DNA from: Antechinus flavipes
Lineage: Eukaryota
Assembly (NCBI RefSeq): GCF_016432865.1
Contig: NC_067403.1
Coordinates: 245,334,001-245,398,000, forward strand
DNA: 64,000 nt
Direction of reading: 5' to 3'
Shown piece after piece: positions 52,679 to 64,000 of the stretch (positions are counted from its first letter, which is position 1; every line of letters starts with the position of its first letter). The position numbers and the translations under genes are program-made. A model generated the notes under the pieces. The model did not search any database and had not been told where the DNA came from. It was given only the letters and a program-made list of their open reading frames with translations.

Positions 52679-53110
52679 AAGGTTATAGTTCCCATTATCT
52701 GGAGATTACCATCTTATAAAACAGAATTAGTGCAATGTTGAATGGTGTTCCTTTTGCCATTGATGTGAATGAAAATGATTTTCATAATTTTTGCTAGATG
52801 ACATTATCTAGTTCCATGTTTTCATATAAATCCTGAAGAAAAATAATCACAGCACACTTTAGCATCATTCTTGGCAAATTGGAAATACTTCATATTTACT
52901 ACCTGATTGATTCTATTCTTTTCCAAAGAATACAGAATGTCTTCATATAGCAAAGAATGTTGGGGAGGGAGATTATAACATAATATATTAAGCAGAGGAG
53001 GAATTAATCCTACCTTCCCTTCTTTGCTGAGGGGGAAAAAAGAGGACCCAAGAAGGAAAATGGTTATCTCACTTTGGATTGATTATTATTAGCAGCAAAA
53101 TAAAGAAGTA

Positions 53111-53586
53111 ATGACAGGGTGCAATATCAGTTCTGGTTGAATTCATTCTACTGGGATTTTCTGATTTACTAACCTCCATTTGTTTTGAGATTTTCTTAGT
53201 CAAGTACCAAAGTATACTAATAAGAAATGTCTTCTCATTTTCATAATCAAGACTGACCTACATTTCCAAACTAATAGGTAATTTTCCTTTGGACTTTTCC
53301 TTCTTGAAAATTTATTACATGTCAATCACTCTCCCCAGAATACTGACAGATTATTGGTCCCAGCAGAGAACTATTTCATTTTTGACTGTTCTGTATAAAC
53401 TAGCTTTCCTCAAATTTTCAGTAGTGAAGCATACTTGCTCTTGGCTGTGATGGATTATGACCATTATGTTGTGATCTCTAAACTTCTGATCATGAATCAC
53501 AAGATATGTATGAATTAGTTGTGGTTTCCTGGGTAATTGGAATCCTAGTACTGACAGAAGAGACATACCAGATTTTCTGTCTGAAT
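53111..53586 (+). pseudogene. Decayed, 3'-truncated OR10AG1-like pseudogene (TM1 to TM4 only)
   Basis: Recognisable paralogous DNA (gaattcattctactgggattttctg; atcactctccccagaat; gagaactatttcatt; gctgtgatggattatgaccattatg; gaagagacataccagattttctgtctgaat) with frameshifts and stops. Homology stops abruptly near 53586. Confidence 0.9.
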
Positions 53587-53719
53587 AGCACAATTCCCAT
53601 TTTGTGACAGAAAAACTCAGGGATTATGCAATAGTTAAGCACGTAAGAAGCTCAGAATGGAAGATGACATATGGTCTTATGGCTCAGAATCTCAGATTTT
53701 TCTCTTATGTAATATTTCC

Positions 53720-53820
53720 TCATTAAGACATGTCCAGGTTATTGGACTTTGAGCCAGAATACCTTCCTTCTCATTAAAATATGAAAAGTAGCATGGGAGA
53801 GGTGATGTCCCAATAGTGCT
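53720..53820 (+). promoter_or_regulatory. Diverged OR promoter cassette, probably for copy 5
   Basis: TCATTA at 53720 and 53771, CATGGGAGA, degenerate second O/E site; donor AAG/GTAAGT at 54205. Confidence 0.45.
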
Positions 53821-56800
53821 AAGAGAGGCAGGAACCATTTCTACTTATATAAAGTGACTTTGATGAAAAGATCATTTTGAGTAGAGAAGTTATCATTTTT
53901 CCAAGCTATGGCTTCAATTTGTCATAGCAATAATGACAAGAATGAATTCAAATCCTTACCCTAAAAAAATGCAGAACTTTGGATAAATCATTCAAATTGT
54001 TTGAATTTCAATCTCTTACCCTGCACAATGGAAACACTAGTAGTACTTCCATTGAATGTGGATGTGAGGTTTAGATAAAATAATTCATGTTAACATCTTT
54101 GTTATCATTTAAAAAATCAATATTGCCACTTAAATAACCATATCATTTTAATATATTCATTAGGGAAATTATCATCTAGATATGATCAATTCTATCTGAA
54201 AAAGGTAAGTGTGGTCTTTTTGCAGCCTCTCGTCAAGTTTCTTTTACTTAAAAATAATTTTTGCTTGGATTCTCAAAGATCCAAGATTTCTCTTACAGTT
54301 CTGATTTCTCTTATAGTGGGGTTTTTTATGACCCCACTAAAGGATAGAGACTAAAAGGATGTCCAAGGAGTGGAAGATTTTTTTATATAGAATATCCTCT
54401 TCTACCTTCCTATCCAAAATATAGGAAGGGAATCTTTACTACTAGACACAAAAGTAGACAAATGAATAAATCCCTGATTCTTATTTATAAATACTTTTAT
54501 ATTTCCAGGGGGTGTAAAAAATCACAGTTAATTTCCATAATATCCCATCCATTTAATTACTTTCTTTTAAGATTTAAAAAAAGACAAGTATTGGATCAAC
54601 CATATATTATCACTTATCCAGTATTCCAGAACTCTATTTCTTCCAGATTCCATTGCTAAAAGCAGGAAAGCAGGCTTTGTCATCTGTTCTCCAAGAAAAA
54701 TGTTTTTTTTTCCTAATAATTAGTCTCAGCTGAGCTTCCTCTTGTGCAGTCAATTTAAACTATTTGAGCATAATTTGACTTTTTTTCTTTTCAATTCATA
54801 AAATGTCTTCAAATATCATTTTTTTCTGAAATTATTTTTTAACAAAACCACTAAAATCCTATATCAATATGTGTCCAATAATTCATTGATGAATACCCAT
54901 TTTTATTCCAGGTTGTGAATTGTTTTGTGCTTCCAAAAACAATGCTATGAATATTTTGATATCTGTGGGGTGTTTCTTTCTTATTGATTTCCTTCCAGTA
55001 TATGTGACAGTAATCAAACTGCTGATCCAAAGGGAATAAATAGATTAGTGATTTTTCTAGTAAAATGTCAAATGGATTTTCCAAAATGTTGGATCAATTA
55101 ATACCTTCAATCCAAGGATAACATAATTCTTGTTTCTTAATGGAACCCAAAACATGATTATGCCTGTTTTGTTCTTGTTTAATTTTCTTTTTTTTTCTTT
55201 TCTTCTTCTTTTTTTTTAATTTAACCAATTTATTGGATATGGTATCAAAAGTTATGTTGATTTTCATTTTGTGGCAGAGAACAATTTAAATAAAAACTGC
55301 ATTGATATCAATTTGCCCATTAATTATTGGGACTAAATATAATGCCTAAGGGTACTTAGGGAGCATAATGGATAAAACATTGTGCTTGGAGTCAGGAAAA
55401 CTGATTTCTAATTTGACCTCAGAAACCATTATCAAAGAAAAAAAGAAAAATAAACTATAATCTGTGTGACTGAGTTGATCAAAGAATTTCTGTTTGCTTC
55501 TGTTCCTTCAGCTAGAAAAATGGACAAAGTAATAGTACCTACATTTCAGGTTTCTTGTGAGGTACAAGTGAGACAAATTTTTTTAAAGCATATAACATAG
55601 TGCCTGGCAAATAATAGATGTTATAAAATGCAAGAAGCTTTTAAATTATTACCATTATAATTACTAATATTCTATTTCTAAATCACATGTAGTTTATGTA
55701 TATAAATATGCATACAAGCATAAATATGTATATGTGTATGTGCACATATATGTATATGTTAGAAATAGAACTTTTATCAAAAACTTTTTAGACATTTTCC
55801 CCAAATGGACATTTTTTTCCATTGCATTAAAATTACTTATACCCTAACTACATAAAACTGAAATTGTTTAATGTTTATGATCATTTCTGTTTTTTACTTG
55901 AGATGTTATCTTGTCAAGAATGCTAATCTTAAAATCACTTTGAACCTGTGTTCAAAAACTGCTTCTAAAATTTATTATCATGACACTTGCTAACTCACTT
56001 AAATTTTGACTACCTCAGTTTTCTAATTAATGTTAAATCATATTCGACTCTATGTGATTTCTTTTGGGTTTTTCTTTAAAAAATATTCTTGAATGATTTG
56101 ACATTTCCTTCTGGGGCTCATTTTACAAATGAAAAACTGAGGTAAATAGACTAAAGTGACTTGTCTGGGGACACATAGCCAATAAGTGTGTGAGGCCAGA
56201 TTTGAATTCAGAAAGATAAGGATTTCAGGCATAATAGTCTTTTAAAAAAAAACTGCCTCCAGTCACTGCTGGTTCATTTTATTCTAATATAAAATAGAAA
56301 ACTATTTGGCATGCCCTCATTTATTATGTGTTATATTCTCCATGGAAGTCAAAAATTGGGGAAACTCTAATAGATTCCAAGATTTTTTGGTAATACCCCT
56401 TTCTTTGGTCAAATAGAACTTGATCGAAAAATGTTCTCATTCATTGAAAAATAGTGATACCTTTATCACTGTAACACATTACATATAATATTAGTATGTA
56501 AGTAATTGCATTCATATTTATTATATTATTTTGTGAAATATGAAAAGATGAATAGAAAATTTAAAAAATAATAATTATGAGGATTAAATGAATTCACAAT
56601 ATGATTCTGTAGTATTTCACAGGTCTTAAAATCACTATATAAAAATTCTAATAACTCTTATTAGTTATTAATTATTTGTTACTATTATTAGCTTTCCATG
56701 TTATGTGCAATTCTTCTAAACATGTTTCCACATTTATCAAGCTACACAAGAAAATTCATATGAAAATTAGAAAAAAAGCAAGCAAACAACAACAAAGAAA

Positions 56801-58149
56801 GTGAAAATACTATGTTATGTTCTATATTCAGTCCCCACATTCCTTTTTCTAAAGGCAGATGGCTCTCTCTATCACAGGTCTATTGGAATTAGCCTGAATT
56901 ACTTCATTGTTAAAAAAAGCCACATCTATCTCAGTAGATCATCACATAATGCTGTTGTTGCTGTGTACAATGTTCTCTTGCTTCTACTCACTTCACTCAG
57001 CAACAGTTTATGTAAGTCTTTCCAGTTCTTTCTGAAATCATCCTGCTTATATTTCTTTACAGAACAATAATATTCCATTATATTAATATACCATAACTTC
57101 TTCAGCTATTCCCCAACTGATGGGCATTCACGATGTTTTCAGTTGCTTGCCACTACAAAAGGGATTACTGCAAACATTTTTTGCACTCATGGGTTCTTTT
57201 CCCTTTTTAAATAATCTCTTTGGAATATAGACCTAGTAGAGACACTGCTGGATCAAAGGATATGTACAGCTTGTTAATTTTTGTTCATCTACTATAAAAT
57301 ATTGAATAATACTTTTGATCTGATAGTGTACCCTTAAGGGAAGGACCAGTTATTTCATATCAAAGGTACAAGTCCAGTTTGAAAAGAAATACATTAATTG
57401 GCATGTTCAAAAATCTGTTTTTATTAATATCAAATTCAGATGTTTTGGTTACTGATTTCATGTGTGGTATGACCTTACAGGACCCTTTAGAGTGCACAGC
57501 TGAAAAACATGTTTTTGTGTCAAATTAGAATAAATAAATAAAGCATTTCCCAGAAGATGGAGGAGTAGAGAAAAGGACAATCAATCTTTTGAAGACAAGT
57601 AACATTACTTATGAAAGTAGGAAAATATATTGTTGATACATACTAAATTGTTACATTAGTCTATTTAATACTGGTCCTAATTTCTGATTTGATCTTATAG
57701 TGGGATGAGGTCACATTGATGAGTGTGCTTCAAGGATCATTAGGCCAACAAAAAGTCAGAAGGAGACATTTTTCTGTCCTAATCCTACTTAAAAGGTCCA
57801 AAGGAGAAGTCTATAATACTTGGATTAGCACAAACTTGGAGCACCAATACTGGGTCTTGGAATCAAGCACTCAATAGCAGTAGCAGCAGCAGCAGTAGCA
57901 GCAGCTTCAGGAGCTTTCAGCCTAGAGATGGTAAGTAGACCAGATGGATAGAATGGAATCATGGGATATTTTGTTGTTGTTGTTGTTGGCATTGGGTGCA
58001 AATGGTGTTGTTATGCAAATTTATTGTCCATTAAAAGTAGGGAAGAGAGGAATGCTAGTGTCTTTCACAAATGATCAGGTTAGTTGATGGTACTTTCAAG
58101 TCCAAGAGGAACATTTAGACAAGATCATAGCATAGAAAAGGAGAATAAA

Positions 58150-59300
58150 GACAATGGCTCCTTTAGAATCATACGACCTTGGAAATACCAAAAAATTTGT
58201 TTTTTTGACAAATAGAGGCTCTGAAAACAGTTACACAAAAGATCCTGAAACATGGAACAATGCCTTGCCAAACATCAGAAGAGAAAAAAATAAACTTTAA
58301 CATAAAGAGCAATGTCCAAAAATAATTTAGAAAAAAAGTGAGGAACCAACAAAATAATAATTGAATATAAAATGCTTTCCCTCCTTGAAAGGAGGAAAAA
58401 CCAAGATACAAACTCAGAAGTCAGTAATATGAAAAAAAAAACTACAAGCAAAGCTGAAAAGAAAATTTTGAAACTATGACCAGAAAGCAATCTCAGAATC
58501 AAAGAAATAAGGAGTTAAAGTATAAAGAAAACATTCAAAATCAATTCAAGAAAATTTTATAAAAGATCATTACCAAGTTGGGAATGAGGCACAAAAAAAA
58601 AAAAAAAAAAAAAAAACTGAAGGAAATATGCATTATAAAAAAGCAAAATTGATCAAATAGGGAAAAAAGGAAAATTTCATGAAGAAAAAAAATTACAAAT
58701 GGGAATGTGGAAGGTGATAACTCTATGAGTCTTTTAAGTCCTAGTAAAATAAATCTAAAGAAAGAAAAAGAAATATGAAATATCTCCTCACAAAAAAACT
58801 TCTTGGAAAATATTTTCATGGAATATAACTTAAGAATTATTGGGCTAACTGAAAGCCTTAATAAAAAAATGAGAGCCTACATCTCATTCAACAAGAAAGT
58901 GTAAAGGAAAACTGATGTCTTAAATGTAAAGGGTATAACAGAAATGGAAAGAATCCTCCAGGCACCTCCTGAAAGTTATCCCAAAATTAAAATTCTCAAG
59001 AATAGTATAGTTAAATTTCAGAGTTCCAAGATCAAGAAGACAATATTACAAGTTGATATAAAGACACAATTTAAATATTGTGGAATAATAGTTAGCATCA
59101 TACAGGACTTAGAAGCTCCCAATATAAAGGAGTGGAAGATTTGGAATATGATATTCCTGAAAGGAAAGAAGCTTAAACTATAAGCAAACATAAAGTACTA
59201 GGCAAAACTGAGTCTTTTAAGAGTAAATTGGAATTTAGCAAAATAGTAGACATTCCTTTATGAGATGATAACTGTAACTCAAAAAAGCTTCATAATTATT
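58150..59300 (+). mobile_element. Old L1 ORF1 remnant
   Basis: ERILQAPPESYPK...NSIVKFQSSKIK.TILQ...QFKYCG..V.I.QDL resembles the marsupial L1 ORF1p RRM/CTD region. Boundaries approximate. Confidence 0.7.
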
Positions 59301-59854
59301 GCCATTTAGAAGGTATCTACATAGGCAGAAGACACATGTGTGAATCGTAATGTTTGTTTCTCTTCAAGAAGAGAATGTGAGAATGAGAAAGCAGGATGCA
59401 ATGAAATAATGGGGGAGAGAGAAAAAAGAAAGAATTTTTTTTCATAAAGACCTATGCAAGGAAGACTTATTAGAGTAAAGGCAGAAATCAGGACAAAAAA
59501 GGCAATGTTTGAACCTTACTCTCACGTTTGGGATAAAAATATACCTAAAGAGTTGAAATGAAAGGCTGAAGAAGTGTCTATGGTACTTCAGCTGAAGAAA
59601 AGAGGCCAGGGAGACAGTCATGATGTCAAACAAAGAAAAAGGAGCAATAGAATGAATTAAAAGAGATAATCAAGGAAATTACATTTCTTTAAAAGGTAAT
59701 AGAGACAATGGAATAATATCAAAAACTGCATGGCATGTTTTTTCTGTTAAGGGTATCATTTCTCAAATATTATCAAATTGAGATAAATGTGTAAAAATAA
59801 GAGCTATTCTACAACTGATATGTGTAATATTCTCTCTAAAATGTAATATTCTCT

Positions 59855-60266
59855 TGTTGGGGTTTTCTTGGAGTCTCTGGAGGCAGCCATTCTTTCAGTA
59901 CAGGAATCACCACAAGTGCAGCCTGAGATTAAAGTCCAAATCCTTTATTGTCTCCTTCAAAGTCTTGTCTCCTTCACTTGGGGCTCAGCTAGTTTTTCTG
60001 GAAGCCTTCTGGGATCTTGGTTTCAGTGGAGAAGCGAAGGAAGATAGCTTGCCACCATTTAGTTCTCTGGTCTTCCCTCTTTCTGATTCTGACTCAGTTT
60101 TTCTGAGTATATACAGTCTCTTATCAAAGGTGTAAATCTTGTAAAATTATAGTAAGTACTAAGTACTTGTACTGAACTAGACAACTGTTAAGCACCATGC
60201 TAAATAATCATCATTTCTATCAATTCCCCTGACTTAGCACCTTGTTTCAAGTTCTGGCCCATAATA
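59855..60266 (-). mobile_element. Solo LTR (about 410 bp) of a related ERV subfamily
   Basis: Shares the GGCCAGAAyyTGAAACAAGGTrCTAAGT motif with the provirus LTRs. The minus strand has TATATA then AATAAA and ends in CAACA. No clear TSD. Confidence 0.75.
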
Positions 60267-62800
60267 GATATGTGGTATAGTTAGCGAGACAGACAAATAA
60301 ATTACATACATATATAGTTTTCAGAAGAAATAAAAAACATCTATAGTCATATAAAAAATTGATAAAACCTTGTTGATTAGAGAAAGGCAATTTAAAACAA
60401 CTCTGAGGTACTTCCCCATGCTTTTCAGAAATGATGAATGCCAGGGGAGATGAAGGAAAATATTAATAAATTAATAAAATTGAAAATTAATAAACTAATA
60501 AAATATTAATAAAAACTAATTAATAGAAGAGTGACATAGTCCAAACATTCTGCATAACAATCTAAAACTATACCTTAATTATAACTAAACTTTAGCTTAA
60601 TGGGCTAAAAAAATAGGAATATTCTTCAATCTAGCAGTATGTATCACAAAGTAATCAAAGGAAAAGGAAAACATACCTATATGTACAAAAATATTTATAA
60701 CAGTTTTTTTTTTCTGGTGACAAAGTATTAGAAATCTAGACTTCATTAGTTATGAAATGGCAGAATAAGTTGTATCACATGACTGAGATAGAATAATATT
60801 GTGCTATAAGAAATACAAGAAAGATACAGAGGTAGAGACAGAGACAAAAAGGAGGTAAGGAAGGTGCTGACAAATTTGTGCTCTAGGAACAGTTCTGTTT
60901 ATGAAAAGAAACTTGTAGTCTTTCCTTTCATATTATAAATGAGGAAAATAAGGCACAGAGATAGTAATTGACTTTCTCAGGCAAACATACATATTTAGGT
61001 TCAGTTATGGAATTTGAACTCATCTACATCCAGAGTCACTAATTTTTCCATTGCACCAAGCTAACACACTGAACAATGCAAAATGGCTACAAGGGCAATG
61101 AGTTGGATTTGAGACTATTCTTTAAAAAAGATAAGAAAAAAAAATGTTTTGGTTCACTTTACTGCTCTCAATAATCCATCAGCAATATCAATTCTCCTGG
61201 CATCTACAATCCTTATCCATAACAAAAACAAATAAACCAACAAATTAACAAACAAAAACATTCTCCTACTTCCTGATATCTCCTATCTCTCAAGTACAAC
61301 AGGTCAAGTAGAGTTCTATTCCATTTCATGCTCAAATTTAACTCTCTGATTGATTATAATTTACCTATATGTTTGTCTCATTCTTCCAGTGGATGATTCT
61401 CAAATATTTTGCTTTGGGAATGATCAACTCTAAAGTTTGAAAAGGAGAAAATGGCTTGATGAATGAAAAGGAATTAAAAGTGAAATAACTTGCTACTACA
61501 ATTGCTGATTTTTTTTTAGTTTTGAATTTTTGCTTCAGTTAGCAGAAATATTTTTTGGTGTTGTACTTATTTCTGAATTCATATCATAAGAGCTATCTAC
61601 TATACATAAACTTTTAAATATTTATATCCAGTTTTCAGTTTAAATAGATAAAATTACAAAATGCATATTTATTAACTTTAAGATGTTAAGAACCTAATAC
61701 CAAGTTATCAATAATCAGTATTTTGTGAAGATTCAGAGTTCTCCTAAATGCCATATTTTAAAAGTTCAGTTTTTCTTCAGAAGGATATTACTGATATTTA
61801 AATTACATAGACTCTCCTTCATTTGGGTCAGAACTCACCCAATTATGAAATGAGTTTTATGTAAGGTAAGGAATCCTATAGTATCTGAGTCAAGCTTGTT
61901 TGGAGACAGATCTTTTTGTCTAGACAACCCAAGACAGGGAGTGGTCTTATATGGAGATATTTTCTATATCTAGAGATAAGATAATATGAGGATGGTATGA
62001 CTTCAACCACTTTTGGAAGGATATGTAAACTATGGGTCTGTCACCATGATTACCTTTGATATAAGAGAGATTGTCAAATGATCATATTTTATTAATAACC
62101 TGTTGACATAAATGATTAAATTAATTAGAAACCATGTCTCTTAAAAATATTTTAATGTCTTACAAGCATAGTATATACATATGGAAAAGATAATGAAGGT
62201 TAAATAATATGTGTTTGCTACCTGACAACTATCTGGTACAAATCTTATGATATAGTAATTAAAGAAAGAGAAATTAATTATTGCCTAAAGATTATAAAAC
62301 AAGACTACACAGTGGAATGAAGACAAATAACACTGGTATTGAAAAATGGCAGAATTATAATAATTTTATTTTCTAGGCAATATTTTATATGAAGAACATG
62401 GCTGCTGTCATTAGGCAAACAGCATGAAATAAAATAGAAAATTTAGTGTATTGCAAAATTTTATTCCTATTGAAACAGGATTTTGAGGAATTTTTTTTCC
62501 TAAGAATGATGATTATAGAACTTTCTAAGTGCATAGTGTAGATTAAAGACCAAAATCACTTATTGTTTTATTTAGCTCATTTCCCCCAATTATATAGAAT
62601 GTTGGAATTCCATCAGGAATTGAAAAAAATGTAACACTGAAGGTTGGAGTTGATGATGGAAACATGAAATTACATCTAGGAGAAATATAATAAATCTTCA
62701 AATCCAACTTTTGCTATTTGGAAGAGTGAAACTGAAGACCAGAAAACAAGAGTGATCTTTATTCTGAATTCATCATTTTGACAGGCGGAAGAAAGACCTA

Positions 62801-63724
62801 ATGGTAGGAAAAAATTTCACAACTGTGATGGAATTCATTCTCCTGGGATTTTCTGACCTTCCCAACCTACAAGGATTTCTCTTTGGAATATTCTCTGTCA
62901 TCTACCTAAGTATACTGATAGGGAATGGCCTCCTCATTGTTATAACCAAGATTGATTCAACTCTTCAAACTCCTATGTATTTTTTTCTGGGACAGTTTTC
63001 TTTTTTGGAAATCTGTTACACATCTGTCACTCTCCCCAGGATGCTGGTAGATCTCTACTCCCAGAAGAGAACTATTTCATTACTAGCTTGTGCTGTACAA
63101 ACTTGTTTCCTTTATATTCTGGGAGGGGCAGAATGCTTGCTCCTGACTGTGATGGCTTATGACCGTTATGTGGCCATTTGTAAGCCTCTCTACTATCCTA
63201 TTATCATGAATCACAAAGTGTGTGTTCAACTGGTTATGGCTTCCTGGATGACTGGGGTTCCATTATTAATAGAGGAGACATACCAAATTTTTTCTCTGAA
63301 CTTTTGTGGTCCCAACAAAATCAATCACATTTTCTGTGATGCCCCACCTTTATTTCAGTTGGCCTGTGGAGAAACATATAAGATAGAGGTTTCTGTCCAT
63401 GTTATTGCTCTATTATTTGGCATAATTCCTTTTCTATTGATACTTACTTCTTATGTCAAAATCATAACTACTATCTTGAAACTGCCTTCAACCTCAAAAA
63501 GATCAAAAGCCTTCTCTACTTGTTCATCTCACCTTATAGTTGTTGCCTTATTCTATGGGTCAGCATGTATTGTGTATTTGCAGCCAAAATCCACACAATC
63601 AGCGGGATCAGGAAAATTGCTTGCTCTTTTCTACACCACTGTAACACCAATGTTTAATCCCCTTATATACAGTCTGAGAAATAAGGATGTCATTGCTGCA
63701 CTGAGAAAACTACTTCCTAAATAA
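62801..63724 (+). CDS. OR10AG1-like olfactory receptor, copy 5, 307 aa (most divergent)
   Basis: Intact ORF with NFT glycosylation site, MAYDRY, HIFCD, KAFSTCSSH and SLRNKDV; acceptor AG at 62783-62784. Confidence 0.95.
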   Translation: MVGKNFTTVMEFILLGFSDLPNLQGFLFGIFSVIYLSILIGNGLLIVITKIDSTLQTPMYFFLGQFSFLEICYTSVTLPRMLVDLYSQKRTISLLACAVQTCFLYILGGAECLLLTVMAYDRYVAICKPLYYPIIMNHKVCVQLVMASWMTGVPLLIEETYQIFSLNFCGPNKINHIFCDAPPLFQLACGETYKIEVSVHVIALLFGIIPFLLILTSYVKIITTILKLPSTSKRSKAFSTCSSHLIVVALFYGSACIVYLQPKSTQSAGSGKLLALFYTTVTPMFNPLIYSLRNKDVIAALRKLLPK

Positions 63725-64000
63725 ATCAAGTTGTGGAGCAATTAGTCAAATTTATAACCATTAGTTTTCTTTTCTTCCACATTTCCTAATATATATGACA
63801 GAGACAGAGACAGACAGAGACACAGAGATAGACACACACAGATATAGAATAGATTTAACACATTTGATGAAACTAAATATCCACCTAACTTTTATTGTTT
63901 TTCATGGAATTTGCAGTCAACTAAACAATTCAGTTTCTCTTCCTCTCTTTCTTTCTCCCTCTTTTATCTATATATGTGTATAAATACATTCATACATGTA

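Overview
AT-rich marsupial genomic DNA, most likely dasyurid judging by the L1 3' UTRs and CORE-SINEs. It holds a tandem cluster of olfactory receptor genes of the OR10AG1-like subfamily: five intact 307-aa single-exon CDSs on the + strand and one decayed half-gene. The spacers are segmental duplicates full of L1, MIR/MAR-type SINE and microsatellite sequence. The main discovery is a 2,950-bp betaretrovirus-like LTR element (21970-24919). It has about 98.6% identical LTRs, a tRNA-Lys PBS, a PPT, a perfect 6-bp TSD and an empty paralogous site at 38655. Its gag-pro-RT region is replaced by an intact, intronless copy of the host nicotinamide riboside kinase 2 (NMRK2) mRNA, joined downstream to the 3' half of integrase. 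This is the architecture of a gene-transducing retrovirus. Other notable items: the third OR is a chimera of its two neighbours with the crossover inside the MAYDRY motif; a 28S rRNA fragment is fused to the U3 end of a related LTR; a conserved homeodomain plus O/E promoter cassette lies upstream of four ORs; and the second OR carries a DRY-to-NRY change. All family assignments come from recalled sequence motifs, not database searches.
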